Source of the DNA: Actinomycetota bacterium
GTDB taxonomy: Bacteria > Actinomycetota > Thermoleophilia > Solirubrobacterales > 70-9
Length of the DNA stretch: 64,000 nt
Assembly: GCA_046725395.1 (NCBI GenBank)
Contig: JBKOYL010000008.1
Location: 3,920 to 67,919, forward strand
Direction of reading: 5' to 3'
Below the pieces are notes generated by a model, which saw nothing but the letters and a program-made list of their open reading frames with translations, was not told where the DNA came from and searched no databases. Numbering within the stretch: position 1 is the stretch's first letter; each line of letters begins with the position of its first letter. The translations under genes and the position numbers were made by a program. This document shows, one piece after another, positions 1 through 9,607 of the stretch.

Positions 1-1022
1 CCTCCGAGGTCGAGGACGTCGTCGCCGGCTGCGTGCAGCAGTTCGGCGAGCAGGGGATAAACATCGCGCGCAACGCCTGGCTCGAGGCCGGACTGCCGAT
101 CGAGACGCCCGCCACCACGGTCGATCGCCAGTGCGGCTCGGCGCAGCAGGCCGTCAACTTCGGCGCCGCCCTGGTCGCCTCCGGCGTCCACGACGTCGTC
201 ATCGGCGGCGGCGTCGAGCACATGGGCCACATCTCCTTCGCCGACTCCGCCGAGGTGATGAAGGAGCACGGATTGGCCTTCTCGCCCGCGCTGATGGAGC
301 GCTACAACCTCGTCCCCCAGGGCATCTCGGCCGAGATGATCGCCGACAAGTGGGAGATCCCGCGCTCCGAGCTCGACGAGATCGGTCTGCGCTCTCACAC
401 CCTCGCCCACCAGGCGACCGAGGAGGGGCGCTTCGAGCGGGAGATGATCCCCTGGCAGTCAAACGGCGACACCTTCGTCACCGACCAGGGCATCCGCCCG
501 CCCGCCGAGGACTCGCTCGAGAAGCTCGCCTCGTTGAAGCCGGCCTTCAAGGAGGACGGCAAGATCACCGCGGGCAACTCCTCGCAGGTCTCCGACGGCG
601 CCGCGGCGGTGCTGCTGATGACGCGAGAGAAGGCCGATGAGCTCGGCCTGAAGCCGCGCGCGCGGATCGTCGATCAGACGACCGTCGGCGTCGATCCCGT
701 GATGATGCTCACCGGCCCCATCCCCGCGACTCAGCTGATCCTGACGCGCAACGGGATGAAGATGGATGACATCGACCTGATCGAGATCAACGAGGCGTTC
801 GCCTCGGTGATTGCGGCCTGGCGGCGCGAGCTGGAGCCCGACATGGATCGCGTCAACGTGAACGGCGGCGCGATCGCGATCGGTCATCCGCTCGGGTCGA
901 CCGGCGCGCGCCTGATCACCACGCTGCTCCACGAGATGGAGCGCTCCGACCAGGAGACCGGCCTGGTGACCATGTGCTGCGGGGGCGGCCTCGGCACCGG
1001 CACGCTCATTCAGAGGGTCTGA
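1..1022 (+). CDS. Acetyl-CoA C-acetyltransferase (thiolase), 5' end cut by window edge
   Basis: The frame of ORF 33..1022 is open to the window edge. Thiolase motifs are present: INEAFASV, NGGAIAIGHPLGSTGARL and the C-terminal MCCGGGLGTG. Confidence 0.9.
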   Translation, partial: SEVEDVVAGCVQQFGEQGINIARNAWLEAGLPIETPATTVDRQCGSAQQAVNFGAALVASGVHDVVIGGGVEHMGHISFADSAEVMKEHGLAFSPALMERYNLVPQGISAEMIADKWEIPRSELDEIGLRSHTLAHQATEEGRFEREMIPWQSNGDTFVTDQGIRPPAEDSLEKLASLKPAFKEDGKITAGNSSQVSDGAAAVLLMTREKADELGLKPRARIVDQTTVGVDPVMMLTGPIPATQLILTRNGMKMDDIDLIEINEAFASVIAAWRRELEPDMDRVNVNGGAIAIGHPLGSTGARLITTLLHEMERSDQETGLVTMCCGGGLGTGTLIQRV

Positions 1023-1058
1023 TCTCACAGGGCACGGTCGGCGGCCGTTGAGGTAGCG

Positions 1059-1778
1059 ATGGCCATGGGCACGAGGCCCGTAGGCGCGCGTAATGCGAAG
1101 GTGCCCCGACAGGGGCAACCCGTCTTGCGAAGTCCGGCGGCGGAGTGGACCTCTGACGACCATTACCTGATGCGGGCCGACAAAGTGATCCGCCGCCTGA
1201 TGGAGGAGCGGGGCCCGATCGATCCGGCGATCGACCGCCGCGGCAGCCGGCCGGATCCCTGGGAGGCGCTGGCGCGCGCGATCGTCGGCCAGCAGCTGTC
1301 CACCAGGGCGGCGAGGTCGATCTGGGAGAAGCTCGTCGGGCAGTTCGGCGGGAGGCTGCCGGCGCCGGAGCAGCTCCTGCGCAAGCGACGTGAAACGCTG
1401 CGGAAGGCCGGGCTATCCAACGCGAAGGTCGAGTTTCTCCGCGACCTCGCGATGCGCGTCAAGGACGGCCGACTCGACCTCAGACGCTTGCAGAAGCTGC
1501 CGGACGAGGACGTGATCGCCGCGCTGATCGAGGTCAAGGGGGTCGGCCGCTGGACGGCCGAGATGTTCCTGATCTTCCATCTCGGCCGGCCGGATGTCGT
1601 CTCCGTGGGAGACCTGGGGATTCGCCGCGCCGTTCAGATTGCGTACCGCATGGACGACCTGCCGGGGCCCGGGGAGCTCGAGAAGCTCGCTCAAGAATGG
1701 CGGCCGCATCGAACGCTCGCCTGCCTGTATCTCTGGCGCTCCCTCGACAACGCGCCGGTCGAGGCGGGCGCGAAGTAG
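1059..1778 (+). CDS. HhH-GPD DNA glycosylase, AlkA-like (DNA-3-methyladenine glycosylase II)
   Basis: Helix-hairpin-helix VKGVGRWTAEMFLIF, followed by VSVGDLGIRR. The first 37 codons are Arg/Pro-rich, so ATG 1170 (MRADKVIRRL) is a plausible true start. Confidence 0.8.
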   Translation: MAMGTRPVGARNAKVPRQGQPVLRSPAAEWTSDDHYLMRADKVIRRLMEERGPIDPAIDRRGSRPDPWEALARAIVGQQLSTRAARSIWEKLVGQFGGRLPAPEQLLRKRRETLRKAGLSNAKVEFLRDLAMRVKDGRLDLRRLQKLPDEDVIAALIEVKGVGRWTAEMFLIFHLGRPDVVSVGDLGIRRAVQIAYRMDDLPGPGELEKLAQEWRPHRTLACLYLWRSLDNAPVEAGAK

Positions 1779-1998
1779 CGTTGATGCGAGGGCGCTCCGA
1801 TGATGCGAGGGCGCGCGACGGCGCGACCCGTAATAGGTCGGAGGAGCGACCCGTTTGATGATGCCCGCCCTCGACCGCATCTCGATTCACCGGCCTAGGT
1901 GGGAACTCCGAAGCCGCCAGACGCCCTCGGCAACCTCATTCATCGACCAGCATTAAACACCGCCTCCTCCGCTTCGCGTCCGGGGGCGGTTCGCGTCT

Positions 1999-2241
1999 TC
2001 AGTGCGCTACGCCCGTGCCGCCGCGCGGCTCGCCGCTGTGCTGGGCGAGCTCCTCGAGGCGGGCGATCTGCAGCTCACCCTCGCGCCTCACGGGGTCGTC
2101 CTCCGGCAGCGCTTCGATCAGGCGCCTGATTCGATTCCGCACCTGGAGCGCGAAGTGAGGCGTCGAGGGCCCGGCGAGGGCCCGGATGTCCTCGACCGTC
2201 ACCGGCCGGCTGAGGCGGTCAGGCCGCTCGACCTCGCTCAC
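1999..2241 (-). CDS. Hypothetical 80-aa protein, translationally coupled to the upstream gene
   Basis: GTG start at 2241 overlaps the stop of the 2238..3623 gene (GTGA). The sequence is helical-looking and non-repetitive (VSEVERPDRLSRPVTVEDIRAL...). The track ORF 1999..2538 extends upstream as Arg-rich junk. Confidence 0.5.
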   Translation of the reverse strand: MSEVERPDRLSRPVTVEDIRALAGPSTPHFALQVRNRIRRLIEALPEDDPVRREGELQIARLEELAQHSGEPRGGTGVAH

Positions 2242-3623
2242 CTCTTCCCCTTCTGAGGCCTGGGCACCGGCTCTCCCTCGGGGCCGCCGGGCTGGGCGAT
2301 TCCCCCGCGAGCGGTTCCCTGCGTCCCGGCGGCGGCCCCGATCTGGGCGAGCTCGGCGAGCTCGTCCACCTCCGCCTGTACCTCTCCGCCGATTGCCGTC
2401 GCGTCGCCCATCAGCCAGACGTGGTTGTACACGGCTCGCGTCGGATCCGTCTGGTACCCGGGCTTGATGTCCAGCAGGAAGGTCCTCAGCTCGGGCGGCA
2501 GGGCGTCGGCCTTGTCGGTGACGAGCAGCGGTCCCCACTGCCCGCTCGAGGCGAGGGATGCGGCGGCTGCTGCGTCGAGCGGCCGGTCGACGTTGGCGAG
2601 CTCCATGCCGTGCCCCGGGTCGTTGATGTTCCAGCCGAACGAGCCGTCGGTGTAGCGGGCGAAGAGCAGGGCGTTCCGGACGGCACCGGTCGAGCCGACG
2701 CGCTGGACGCTGGCGGAGACGCGTGCCAGCTGCGCGGCGGCGGTCTTCGAGATCACGGACCGCGGTCCGAGCACGTAGACGGCTGAGGCGACATGCCGGC
2801 GGAGCGCCGCCAGAGTCGCCTCCGGCACCTCGCTCTTCCCGGTGAACAGCACGGGATCGCCGGAGCGCGCCGCCCAGGCGGCGGCCGGCATCGCGTACCC
2901 GGGTTGATCCGAGCTCACCACCAGGATGTTCTGCGGCTCTCGGCGCACCAGCCGCTGGCGGAGCTGGTCCACCGCGTTTGCGATGGCGGCGGGCGAATCT
3001 CCCTCGACCTCCGCGGCCCGCAGATCGGAGGGAGCGGAGGCGCCGCCAAGCGAGTAGACGGCGACGCCCCCCGGGCCGCGCCCGCGCGGGCCGAGCTGCG
3101 CGAGCGCCTGGGCGGTTGCATCGGGAACGGCGTCATGCTGGCTGATCAACACGGGGATCCGGGTCGGCGGTCCCGCCAGCACCGAGGCCGCGATCCCCGC
3201 CTGCCAGCTGTCGTCGGGCACGACCGCAACGGCCTCGAGCGGCCGGCCCTGCGGCGCGGGGGGATGGGTCGCGAGCGCCGCGGCGGCGGCATCCGCGATG
3301 GGATCGGCACCGCTGATCCTGGTGGTGTTGCGGGTGGCGACCAGCGGGAAGCCGAGCGTCCCCACGGGGGCCTGCTGCGCGTTGTCCGTCGCGACCGAGA
3401 TCGTCACCACGCGAGTTTCGTCCTCGCCACCTCCGCCGAAGGGATTGATCGCAATGAACAGCGCGACGAGGGCGGCGATCGCCAGCACCCCGCCGCCGAT
3501 CAGATGCCGCCGATCGACGCGCGCCGGGACCTCGAAGCGCAACCAGTCGATCGCGTTCTGCAGCGGGCGTCGCAATCCCAGGTCGGGGCGGGGGGCGCGC
3601 ACGGCGGCGAACGCTACCCGCAT
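2238..3623 (-). CDS. Membrane-anchored protein with three putative cell wall binding repeat 2 (CWB2)-like modules
   Basis: N-terminal TM segment (LIGGGVLAIAALVALFIAI). Three repeats resemble the CWB2 signature R-i-s/a-G-a-d: TRISGADPIADAAAAALA, AEVEGDSPAAIANAVDQL and VQRVGSTGAVRNALLFARY. Confidence 0.6.
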   Translation of the reverse strand: MRVAFAAVRAPRPDLGLRRPLQNAIDWLRFEVPARVDRRHLIGGGVLAIAALVALFIAINPFGGGGEDETRVVTISVATDNAQQAPVGTLGFPLVATRNTTRISGADPIADAAAAALATHPPAPQGRPLEAVAVVPDDSWQAGIAASVLAGPPTRIPVLISQHDAVPDATAQALAQLGPRGRGPGGVAVYSLGGASAPSDLRAAEVEGDSPAAIANAVDQLRQRLVRREPQNILVVSSDQPGYAMPAAAWAARSGDPVLFTGKSEVPEATLAALRRHVASAVYVLGPRSVISKTAAAQLARVSASVQRVGSTGAVRNALLFARYTDGSFGWNINDPGHGMELANVDRPLDAAAAASLASSGQWGPLLVTDKADALPPELRTFLLDIKPGYQTDPTRAVYNHVWLMGDATAIGGEVQAEVDELAELAQIGAAAGTQGTARGGIAQPGGPEGEPVPRPQKGKR

Positions 3624-3715
3624 GTGTCGCCCGGACGCCGCCGAGCGACGGCAACAAACTCATCGGCGGAGCGTGCGCGGTAAGTGGCAGGTTCCACTTC
3701 CGGTTCGGGTAAGCT

Positions 3716-3735
3716 GATTGACTGACCAGTCAATC
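3716..3735. promoter_or_regulatory. Perfect 9-bp inverted repeat (GATTGACTG-AC-CAGTCAATC), candidate repressor operator upstream of the acyl-CoA dehydrogenase
   Basis: The arms are exact reverse complements. The site ends 60 nt before ATG 3796, in the divergent intergenic region 3624-3795. Confidence 0.5.
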
Positions 3736-3795
3736 GGGTCCGCTTTTTCTCGCGTCCAACGGCCCGACCGCACCGAGAGAGAGGCCTGCCCAGCC

Positions 3796-5100
3796 ATGGA
3801 CTTCGCCCTCAAGGAAGAGCAGAGGGAGCACCGCGAGCAGGTTCGCCGCTTCGCGCGCGAGGTGATCCGTCCCGTCGCCCGCAAGCACGACGAGGAGGAG
3901 AGCACTCCCTGGGAGGTGATCAAGGAGGCGCGCAAGTGGGGCCTTCACGGCCTCGAGCACATGCAGCGCATGGGCGCCGACCCGGACGGTCAGTTCGGCG
4001 TGATCACCGCGGAGGAGCTCCATTGGGGCTGCGCCGGGATCGCACTCGCGATCCAGGGCTCGGGGCTGGCGGCGGCCGGCATCGCCGCCTCCGGCACCCC
4101 GGAGCAGATCGCCGAGTGGGTCCCGCAGTGCTTCGGCAGCGATGATGAGATTGCTCTCGGGGCCTACGCGGTGACCGAGCCGCAAGCCGGCTCGGACGTG
4201 AAGAGCCTGAAGACCACCGCCAGGCTCGACGGCGAGGAGTGGGTGCTGGACGGGAGCAAGGTCTTCATCACCAACGGCGGGATCGCGGACGTGCACGTGG
4301 TCGTCGCAACCGTTGATCCGGAGCTCGGCCACCGCGGCCAGGCCTCTTTCGTCGTCGGCAAGGGCACCCCGGGGCTGCGCCAGGGCAAGAAGGAGTCGAA
4401 GATCGGGATCCGCGCCTCCCACACTGCGGAGGTGATCCTCGCCGACTGTCGGATCCCGGTCGAGAACCTGCTGGGTGGGATGGACAAGCTGAACCGCAAG
4501 CTGGAGCGCGCCCGCTCGGGTCAGAAGGCGGGCTCCTCGAACGCGCTCGCCACCTTCGAGATGACGCGTCCGATCGTCGGCGCCTCGGCGCTCGGCATCG
4601 CTCAGGCCGCCTACGAGTGGACGCTGGAGTACCTGGCGGACCAGACCGTCGACGGCGGGAAGCCGGCGCTCGAGGAGCAGCGCATCCAGCAGGTGCTGGC
4701 CGACGTCGCGACCGAGATCGACGCCTCCCGCCTGCTCGTCCAGCGCGCGGCGTGGATGGGCCGGAACGGCATCCCGATGACCGGCGGACAGGGTTCCATG
4801 TCGAAGCTCAAGGCGGGCGACGTGACCATGTGGGCGACGACCACGCTGATGGAGCTGGTCGGCCCCTATGCGCAGACCACCGACTGCCCGCTCGAGAAGT
4901 GGTTCCGGGACGCCAAGATCTACCAGCTGTTCGAGGGCACGGCCCAGGTGCAGCGCCTGGTGATCTCCCGAATGCAGGCGCGGACCTACCAGGAGCGCTT
5001 CGCCGAGGCGGCCGAAATCGCGAGGCGCGCGGTGAACGGCTCCAGGAACGGCTCCGGGCGGAGCGGCGCGACCTCCGAGCCGGCCGCAAGCGCCGCTTAG
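3796..5100 (+). CDS. Acyl-CoA dehydrogenase
   Basis: MDFALKEEQREHREQVRRFAREV is a typical ACAD N-terminus. Also present are TEPQAGSD, KVFITNGG and the C-terminal YQLFEGTAQVQR motif. Start moved to ATG 3796 (track ORF starts at 3718). Confidence 0.9.
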   Translation: MDFALKEEQREHREQVRRFAREVIRPVARKHDEEESTPWEVIKEARKWGLHGLEHMQRMGADPDGQFGVITAEELHWGCAGIALAIQGSGLAAAGIAASGTPEQIAEWVPQCFGSDDEIALGAYAVTEPQAGSDVKSLKTTARLDGEEWVLDGSKVFITNGGIADVHVVVATVDPELGHRGQASFVVGKGTPGLRQGKKESKIGIRASHTAEVILADCRIPVENLLGGMDKLNRKLERARSGQKAGSSNALATFEMTRPIVGASALGIAQAAYEWTLEYLADQTVDGGKPALEEQRIQQVLADVATEIDASRLLVQRAAWMGRNGIPMTGGQGSMSKLKAGDVTMWATTTLMELVGPYAQTTDCPLEKWFRDAKIYQLFEGTAQVQRLVISRMQARTYQERFAEAAEIARRAVNGSRNGSGRSGATSEPAASAA

Positions 5101-5179
5101 CCCCTGCGCCCGATCGCGAGGGCGCCTGCAACCGCCGTTTCAGTTCCACCCCCTCGCCCCGGTCACCCTGTGGGCTCAG

Positions 5180-6307
5180 ATGACGGGATCCAAGCGGTTC
5201 CGGCTGGCGCTCTCCGGCGCCTTGGTCGCGTGCGCCTGCGGCCTGGCGATCGGCACCGCATCCGGCCAGGACCTCCAGCAGAAGCTCAATGCGACGCAGG
5301 CGAAGCTCTCGCACGCGAGGACCCATGCCGGCGTGCTCACCACGCGGATCAGCCACGAGTCCGCGCAGATCGATCGCCTGACCACCGAGGTCGCGGCGCT
5401 TCGCAACAAGGAGGCCGCCGTCGCGGCGCAGCTCGCTCAGAAGCAGGCGGAGCTCGTCCAGGCGCAGGCCCGCCTCGACTACCTCAAGCAGCGGCTCCGC
5501 GAGGCGATCACGATCCTCGAGGAACGGCTGGTCGCGATCTACGAGACGAACGAGCCCGACCTGATCACGGTGCTCCTGCAGGCGGATGGCTTCGACGACC
5601 TACTCGCCCGCACGGCCTATGAGCGGACGCTGCAGAATCAGGACAACGACATCGTCTCCCGGGTGCGCGGCCTGCGCAACGAGATGCAGGTGACCGTCAA
5701 CCAGGTGAGGGCCGCCCGCGACGCAATCGCCGCCCGCAAGCACGAGCTCGAGGTCACCAGGATGGAGCTCAGGGCGCGGACCGCCGAGCTCGCAACAGCG
5801 CGCCGCAAGCAGCACGCGACGCTCGAGGCGGTCCGCAAGCGCCAGGACGACCTCGAGGGAGACCTGACGGAGATCTCCCAGAAGATCGCCGAGCAGCTCG
5901 CTCAGGGCGCCGGGGCGCTGCCGGCGGGTCCGATCCGTCCCGGTGGATACGGGCTGATCTGGCCGGTCAACGGGCCGGTGGTCTCGGGGTTCGGCCCGCG
6001 CTGGGGCAGCTTCCACGAGGGGATCGACATCGCGGTTCCGACCGGGACGCAGATCCGGGCGGCCGCCTCGGGGACGGTCGAGATCGCCGGCTACGAGGGC
6101 GGCTACGGCAACTACACCTGCATCGACCACGGCGGTGGACTCTCCACCTGCTACGCACACCAGTCGCAAATCCTGGTCAGCGGGGGCCAGGTGAGCCAGG
6201 CGCAGACAATCGGACTGGTGGGCTGCACCGGGCATTGCTTCGGCCCGCACCTCCACTTCGAGGTCCGCGTCAACGGACAGGCCGTCGACCCGCTCGGCTA
6301 CCTGTAG
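5180..6307 (+). CDS. Secreted M23 family metallopeptidase with long N-terminal coiled coil
   Basis: Signal peptide, then about 230 aa of heptad-like Q/A/E/R/L sequence. C-terminal M23 motifs are HEGIDIAVPTGT and GPHLHFEV. Confidence 0.85.
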   Translation: MTGSKRFRLALSGALVACACGLAIGTASGQDLQQKLNATQAKLSHARTHAGVLTTRISHESAQIDRLTTEVAALRNKEAAVAAQLAQKQAELVQAQARLDYLKQRLREAITILEERLVAIYETNEPDLITVLLQADGFDDLLARTAYERTLQNQDNDIVSRVRGLRNEMQVTVNQVRAARDAIAARKHELEVTRMELRARTAELATARRKQHATLEAVRKRQDDLEGDLTEISQKIAEQLAQGAGALPAGPIRPGGYGLIWPVNGPVVSGFGPRWGSFHEGIDIAVPTGTQIRAAASGTVEIAGYEGGYGNYTCIDHGGGLSTCYAHQSQILVSGGQVSQAQTIGLVGCTGHCFGPHLHFEVRVNGQAVDPLGYL

Positions 6308-7020
6308 AGCTGCCGCTCGAGCCAGCGCAGGGCGAGCGACTGCAGCTCGGGGTCGTGCTGCACCGTGGTGTGTGCGCCTCCGGGCACGACCACCAGCTTG
6401 CTCGGCTCTCCCGCCCGCTTGTAGAGACCCTCGGTGTGCTCGCTCGGGACCCGCGTGTCGCCCTCGGCGTGCAGCAGGATCAGCGGCCGACCTGCGATCC
6501 GCTCAACGGCCTCGCCGACGTCCTGAGCCGCGAGCCAGGCCTCGAGGTCGATCGGGTCTTCGACGCGCATCCCGAACCGCCGTTGCCTGACGCCCGCGGC
6601 GAGGTGGTCCTCGCTCGCCGGGCAGATAGCGATCACGCCGGCGATCTCCGGCGCCCGAGAGGCGGCGCAGATCGCGAGAAAACCGCCGAGGCTCGAGCCG
6701 CGGACAGCCACCCGGCGGTCATCGACCTCAGGCCGGGAGCGAAGAAGCCGGACCATGGCGATCACGTCCTCGACGGCCGAGCCGTTGAAGCCCCGCGCCG
6801 AAGCGCCGTGGCCGGGCAGGTCGAAGCCAAGGGCAGCCCAGCCGTTGGCTGCCGCGAGCCGCGCGAAGTCGGCATGGTTCTCCTTGCGCGACCCCGCTCC
6901 GTGGATGACGACGACCCCGGGCGAGGGCTTCCGTCGAGGATGATCCGGCAGCCAGAGCGCGTAGGAGAGCCCGCTGTGGAGGTCCTCTCGGACCGGGCGC
7001 CGGCGCAGAGAGCGCTCCAT
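6298..7020 (-). CDS. Alpha/beta hydrolase (dienelactone hydrolase / S9-like)
   Basis: Nucleophile elbow GSSLGG, HG oxyanion motif (VVVIHGAGS) and C-terminal His (GGAHTT). Its 3' end overlaps the convergent M23 gene by 10 nt. Confidence 0.75.
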   Translation of the reverse strand: MERSLRRRPVREDLHSGLSYALWLPDHPRRKPSPGVVVIHGAGSRKENHADFARLAAANGWAALGFDLPGHGASARGFNGSAVEDVIAMVRLLRSRPEVDDRRVAVRGSSLGGFLAICAASRAPEIAGVIAICPASEDHLAAGVRQRRFGMRVEDPIDLEAWLAAQDVGEAVERIAGRPLILLHAEGDTRVPSEHTEGLYKRAGEPSKLVVVPGGAHTTVQHDPELQSLALRWLERQLYR

Positions 7021-7060
7021 TGCGGGGATTCTGGCCGATCTCGTTCAGAATCCCTGCCCC

Positions 7061-8380
7061 ATGAGCACGCGGGCACACAGCTCGGGCTCGGTCACGACGG
7101 ATCCGATCGCCGCCTCTCCGGTCTACCCGGCGGGCTCGCGCGTGAACGAGCGGGGGCATCTCGAGATCGCGGGCTGTGACGTGGCCGAGCTGGCCGAGCG
7201 CTTCGGCACCCCGGCATACATCTACGCCGAGGACGACATGCGGGGCCGGGCCCGGGAGTACGTCCGGGCCTTCGAGCGGCGAACCGAGTCGTTCGAGGTG
7301 ATCTACGCGAGCAAGTCGCTTCCGTGCACCGCCGCCTATCGCGTGATGCGCGAGGAGGGCCTGTCGGTCGACGTCGCCTCCGGAGGCGAGCTCCACATGG
7401 CCCTCGCCGCGGGCTTTGATCCCGAGCGGATCCACCTGCACGGCAACAACAAGACGGAGGCGGAGCTCCGCTACGCGTTCGAGTCCGGCGTCGGTCACCT
7501 GATTGTTGACTCCTTCGACGAGATCGAGCTGGCCGATCGCCTGCTGGACCGTCCCCAGCGGGTGCTGATCCGCGTCACCCCCGGCATCAAGCCCTCCACC
7601 CACGACTACGTCCAGACGGGTCAGCTCGATTCCAAGTTCGGCTTCGGGCTGGCGGATGGGCTCGCCGAGGCCGCCGTGAAGCGGGTGCGCGCGTCGGAGC
7701 ACCTCGAGCTGATCGGCCTGCATGCCCACATCGGGTCGCAGATCTTCGAGCTGGAGCCGTACGTGAAGGCGATCGAGGTGATCGCGGAGTTCTGCGACGC
7801 CGTCGACTTCGAGCCGCGGATGATCAACGTCGGCGGAGGGCTCGGCATCGCCTATCTGGACTCGGACGAGCCGCCGGCGATCGAGGACTACGTCGATGTG
7901 AAGGTGCGCGGCGTGCAGCGGGTGTTCGAGCGCGTGCCGAGGATCCTGGTCGAGCCCGGGCGCTCCCTGGTCGGCAACGCTGGGGTGACCGCATACCGGA
8001 TCGGGACCGTCAAGGAGATCCCGGGCGTGCGCACCTACGTGGCGGTCGACGGCGGGATGTCCGACAACCTGCGCCCGATGCTCTACGGATCCCGCTACGA
8101 GGGAGTGGTCGCGAACCGGGCGGCGGAGACGCCCGACGCGCTGGCGACGATCGCGGGCATGCACTGCGAGTCAGGCGATGTGCTGATCCGCGACACCGAG
8201 CTGGCGGCTCCCCGGGTCGGGGACGTGCTGGTCACTCCCGCCACCGGCGCCTACGGATACGCAATGGCCAACAACTACAACGGGGTGCCGAGGCCGCCGG
8301 TGATCTTCTGCCGCGACGGCGGTGCGAGGGTCGTGGTCCGCCGCGAGACCTGGGACGACCTGCTGACCAGGGATCGGTAA
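7061..8380 (+). CDS. lysA: Diaminopimelate decarboxylase
   Basis: Group IV PLP decarboxylase motifs: YASKSLPC, GGGLGIAY, EPGRSLVGNAG and CESGD. Sits at the head of the lysA-hom-thrC-thrB order known from mycobacteria. Confidence 0.9.
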   Translation: MSTRAHSSGSVTTDPIAASPVYPAGSRVNERGHLEIAGCDVAELAERFGTPAYIYAEDDMRGRAREYVRAFERRTESFEVIYASKSLPCTAAYRVMREEGLSVDVASGGELHMALAAGFDPERIHLHGNNKTEAELRYAFESGVGHLIVDSFDEIELADRLLDRPQRVLIRVTPGIKPSTHDYVQTGQLDSKFGFGLADGLAEAAVKRVRASEHLELIGLHAHIGSQIFELEPYVKAIEVIAEFCDAVDFEPRMINVGGGLGIAYLDSDEPPAIEDYVDVKVRGVQRVFERVPRILVEPGRSLVGNAGVTAYRIGTVKEIPGVRTYVAVDGGMSDNLRPMLYGSRYEGVVANRAAETPDALATIAGMHCESGDVLIRDTELAAPRVGDVLVTPATGAYGYAMANNYNGVPRPPVIFCRDGGARVVVRRETWDDLLTRDR

Positions 8381-9606
8381 TGGCATCGACGGTCAACGTC
8401 GGCATCCTCGGCAAGGGGACGGTGGGCGGAGCGTTCCGCAGGCTGCTCAATGAGCGCGCCGACATGGTGGCGGAGGTCTCCGGGCGCCGTCCGAGGGTGA
8501 GCGGCGTCCTCTCCAGGGACAGGGGCGACTTCGACCGGCTCCTCGCGAGGAGCGAGATCATCGTCGAGCTGATCGGCGGCACCGATCCGGCGCTGGAGTA
8601 CGTCACGCGCGCGCTGGAGGAGGGCCGGCACGTGGTGACGGCCAACAAGCAGCTGCTCGCGCACCACGGCCCGGAGCTGGTCGCCGCAGCCCGCAAGGGG
8701 GGCGCCCAGCTTCGCTTCGAGGCCGCGGTGGCCGGCGCGATCCCGGTGATCCGGGTGGTGCAGGAGAGCCTCGGCGCGATCCCGATCGAGAAGGTCTTCG
8801 GGATCGTCAACGGGACGACGAACTACATCCTCACCGAGATGGCCCGGAGCGGCCTCTCCTACGAGGCAGCGCTAGCGCAGGCCCAGGAGCTGGGCTATGC
8901 GGAGGCCGACCCGAGCGACGACGTAGGAGGAGCCGACGCCGCGGCCAAGATGGCGATCCTGGCCCGTCTCGCGTTCGGAGTCCCGGTGAAGCTCGAGGAC
9001 GTCCCCTACGAGGGAATCGAGCAGATCAAGCCGGACGACCTCGCCTACGCGAAGGAGCTCAGCCTCTCGCTGAAGTTGCTCGGCGTCGCGGAGCGAGTCG
9101 GCGACGCCGAGATCAGCGTGCGGGTCTTCCCCTGCTTTCTGTATCCGGGTCACCCGCTTGCGCCCATCGAGGGGCCCTTCAACGCGGTGATGGTCGAGTC
9201 TCCCGCGATCACCGAGATCACCATGTCCGGCCCCGGGGCAGGGGGGCCGGAGACGGCGTCCGCGGTGCTGGGAGACGTCGTCTCGGTGATCGCCGGCGGC
9301 TCCCCGCTGTTCGAGGAGAACGCGAAGCTCCGGATCGCCAAGGACGTGGAAATGGCCTTCTACCTCCACCTCGAGGTCGACGACCGGCCGGGCGTACTCG
9401 CCCAGATCGCGGAGGTGCTCGGGGACAACGAGGTCTCGGTGCGCAGCGTCGTCCAGCGCGGCCTCGGCGGCGAGGCCCAGCTGATCATGGTCATGCACCC
9501 GGTCTCGGAGAAGCGCTTCGCGGCGGCGCTCAAGAAGATCGCCAAGCTCAAGTTCCTGCGCTCGCCCCCACGCTCGATTCGGGTGATCGAGGAGGAGTGG
9601 ACCTAG
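8380..9606 (+). CDS. hom: Homoserine dehydrogenase with C-terminal ACT domain
   Basis: [16 protein letters not shown]-binding fold, [11 protein letters not shown], and ACT-like [20 protein letters not shown]. The ATG overlaps the lysA TAA by 1 nt. Confidence 0.9.
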   Translation: MASTVNVGILGKGTVGGAFRRLLNERADMVAEVSGRRPRVSGVLSRDRGDFDRLLARSEIIVELIGGTDPALEYVTRALEEGRHVVTANKQLLAHHGPELVAAARKGGAQLRFEAAVAGAIPVIRVVQESLGAIPIEKVFGIVNGTTNYILTEMARSGLSYEAALAQAQELGYAEADPSDDVGGADAAAKMAILARLAFGVPVKLEDVPYEGIEQIKPDDLAYAKELSLSLKLLGVAERVGDAEISVRVFPCFLYPGHPLAPIEGPFNAVMVESPAITEITMSGPGAGGPETASAVLGDVVSVIAGGSPLFEENAKLRIAKDVEMAFYLHLEVDDRPGVLAQIAEVLGDNEVSVRSVVQRGLGGEAQLIMVMHPVSEKRFAAALKKIAKLKFLRSPPRSIRVIEEEWT

Positions 9607-9607
9607 G

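Noticed and set aside
6728-8164. 478-aa minus-strand ORF
   Set aside because: It is antisense to lysA and overlaps the hydrolase gene out of frame, with low-complexity Arg/Asp/Leu/Gly content.
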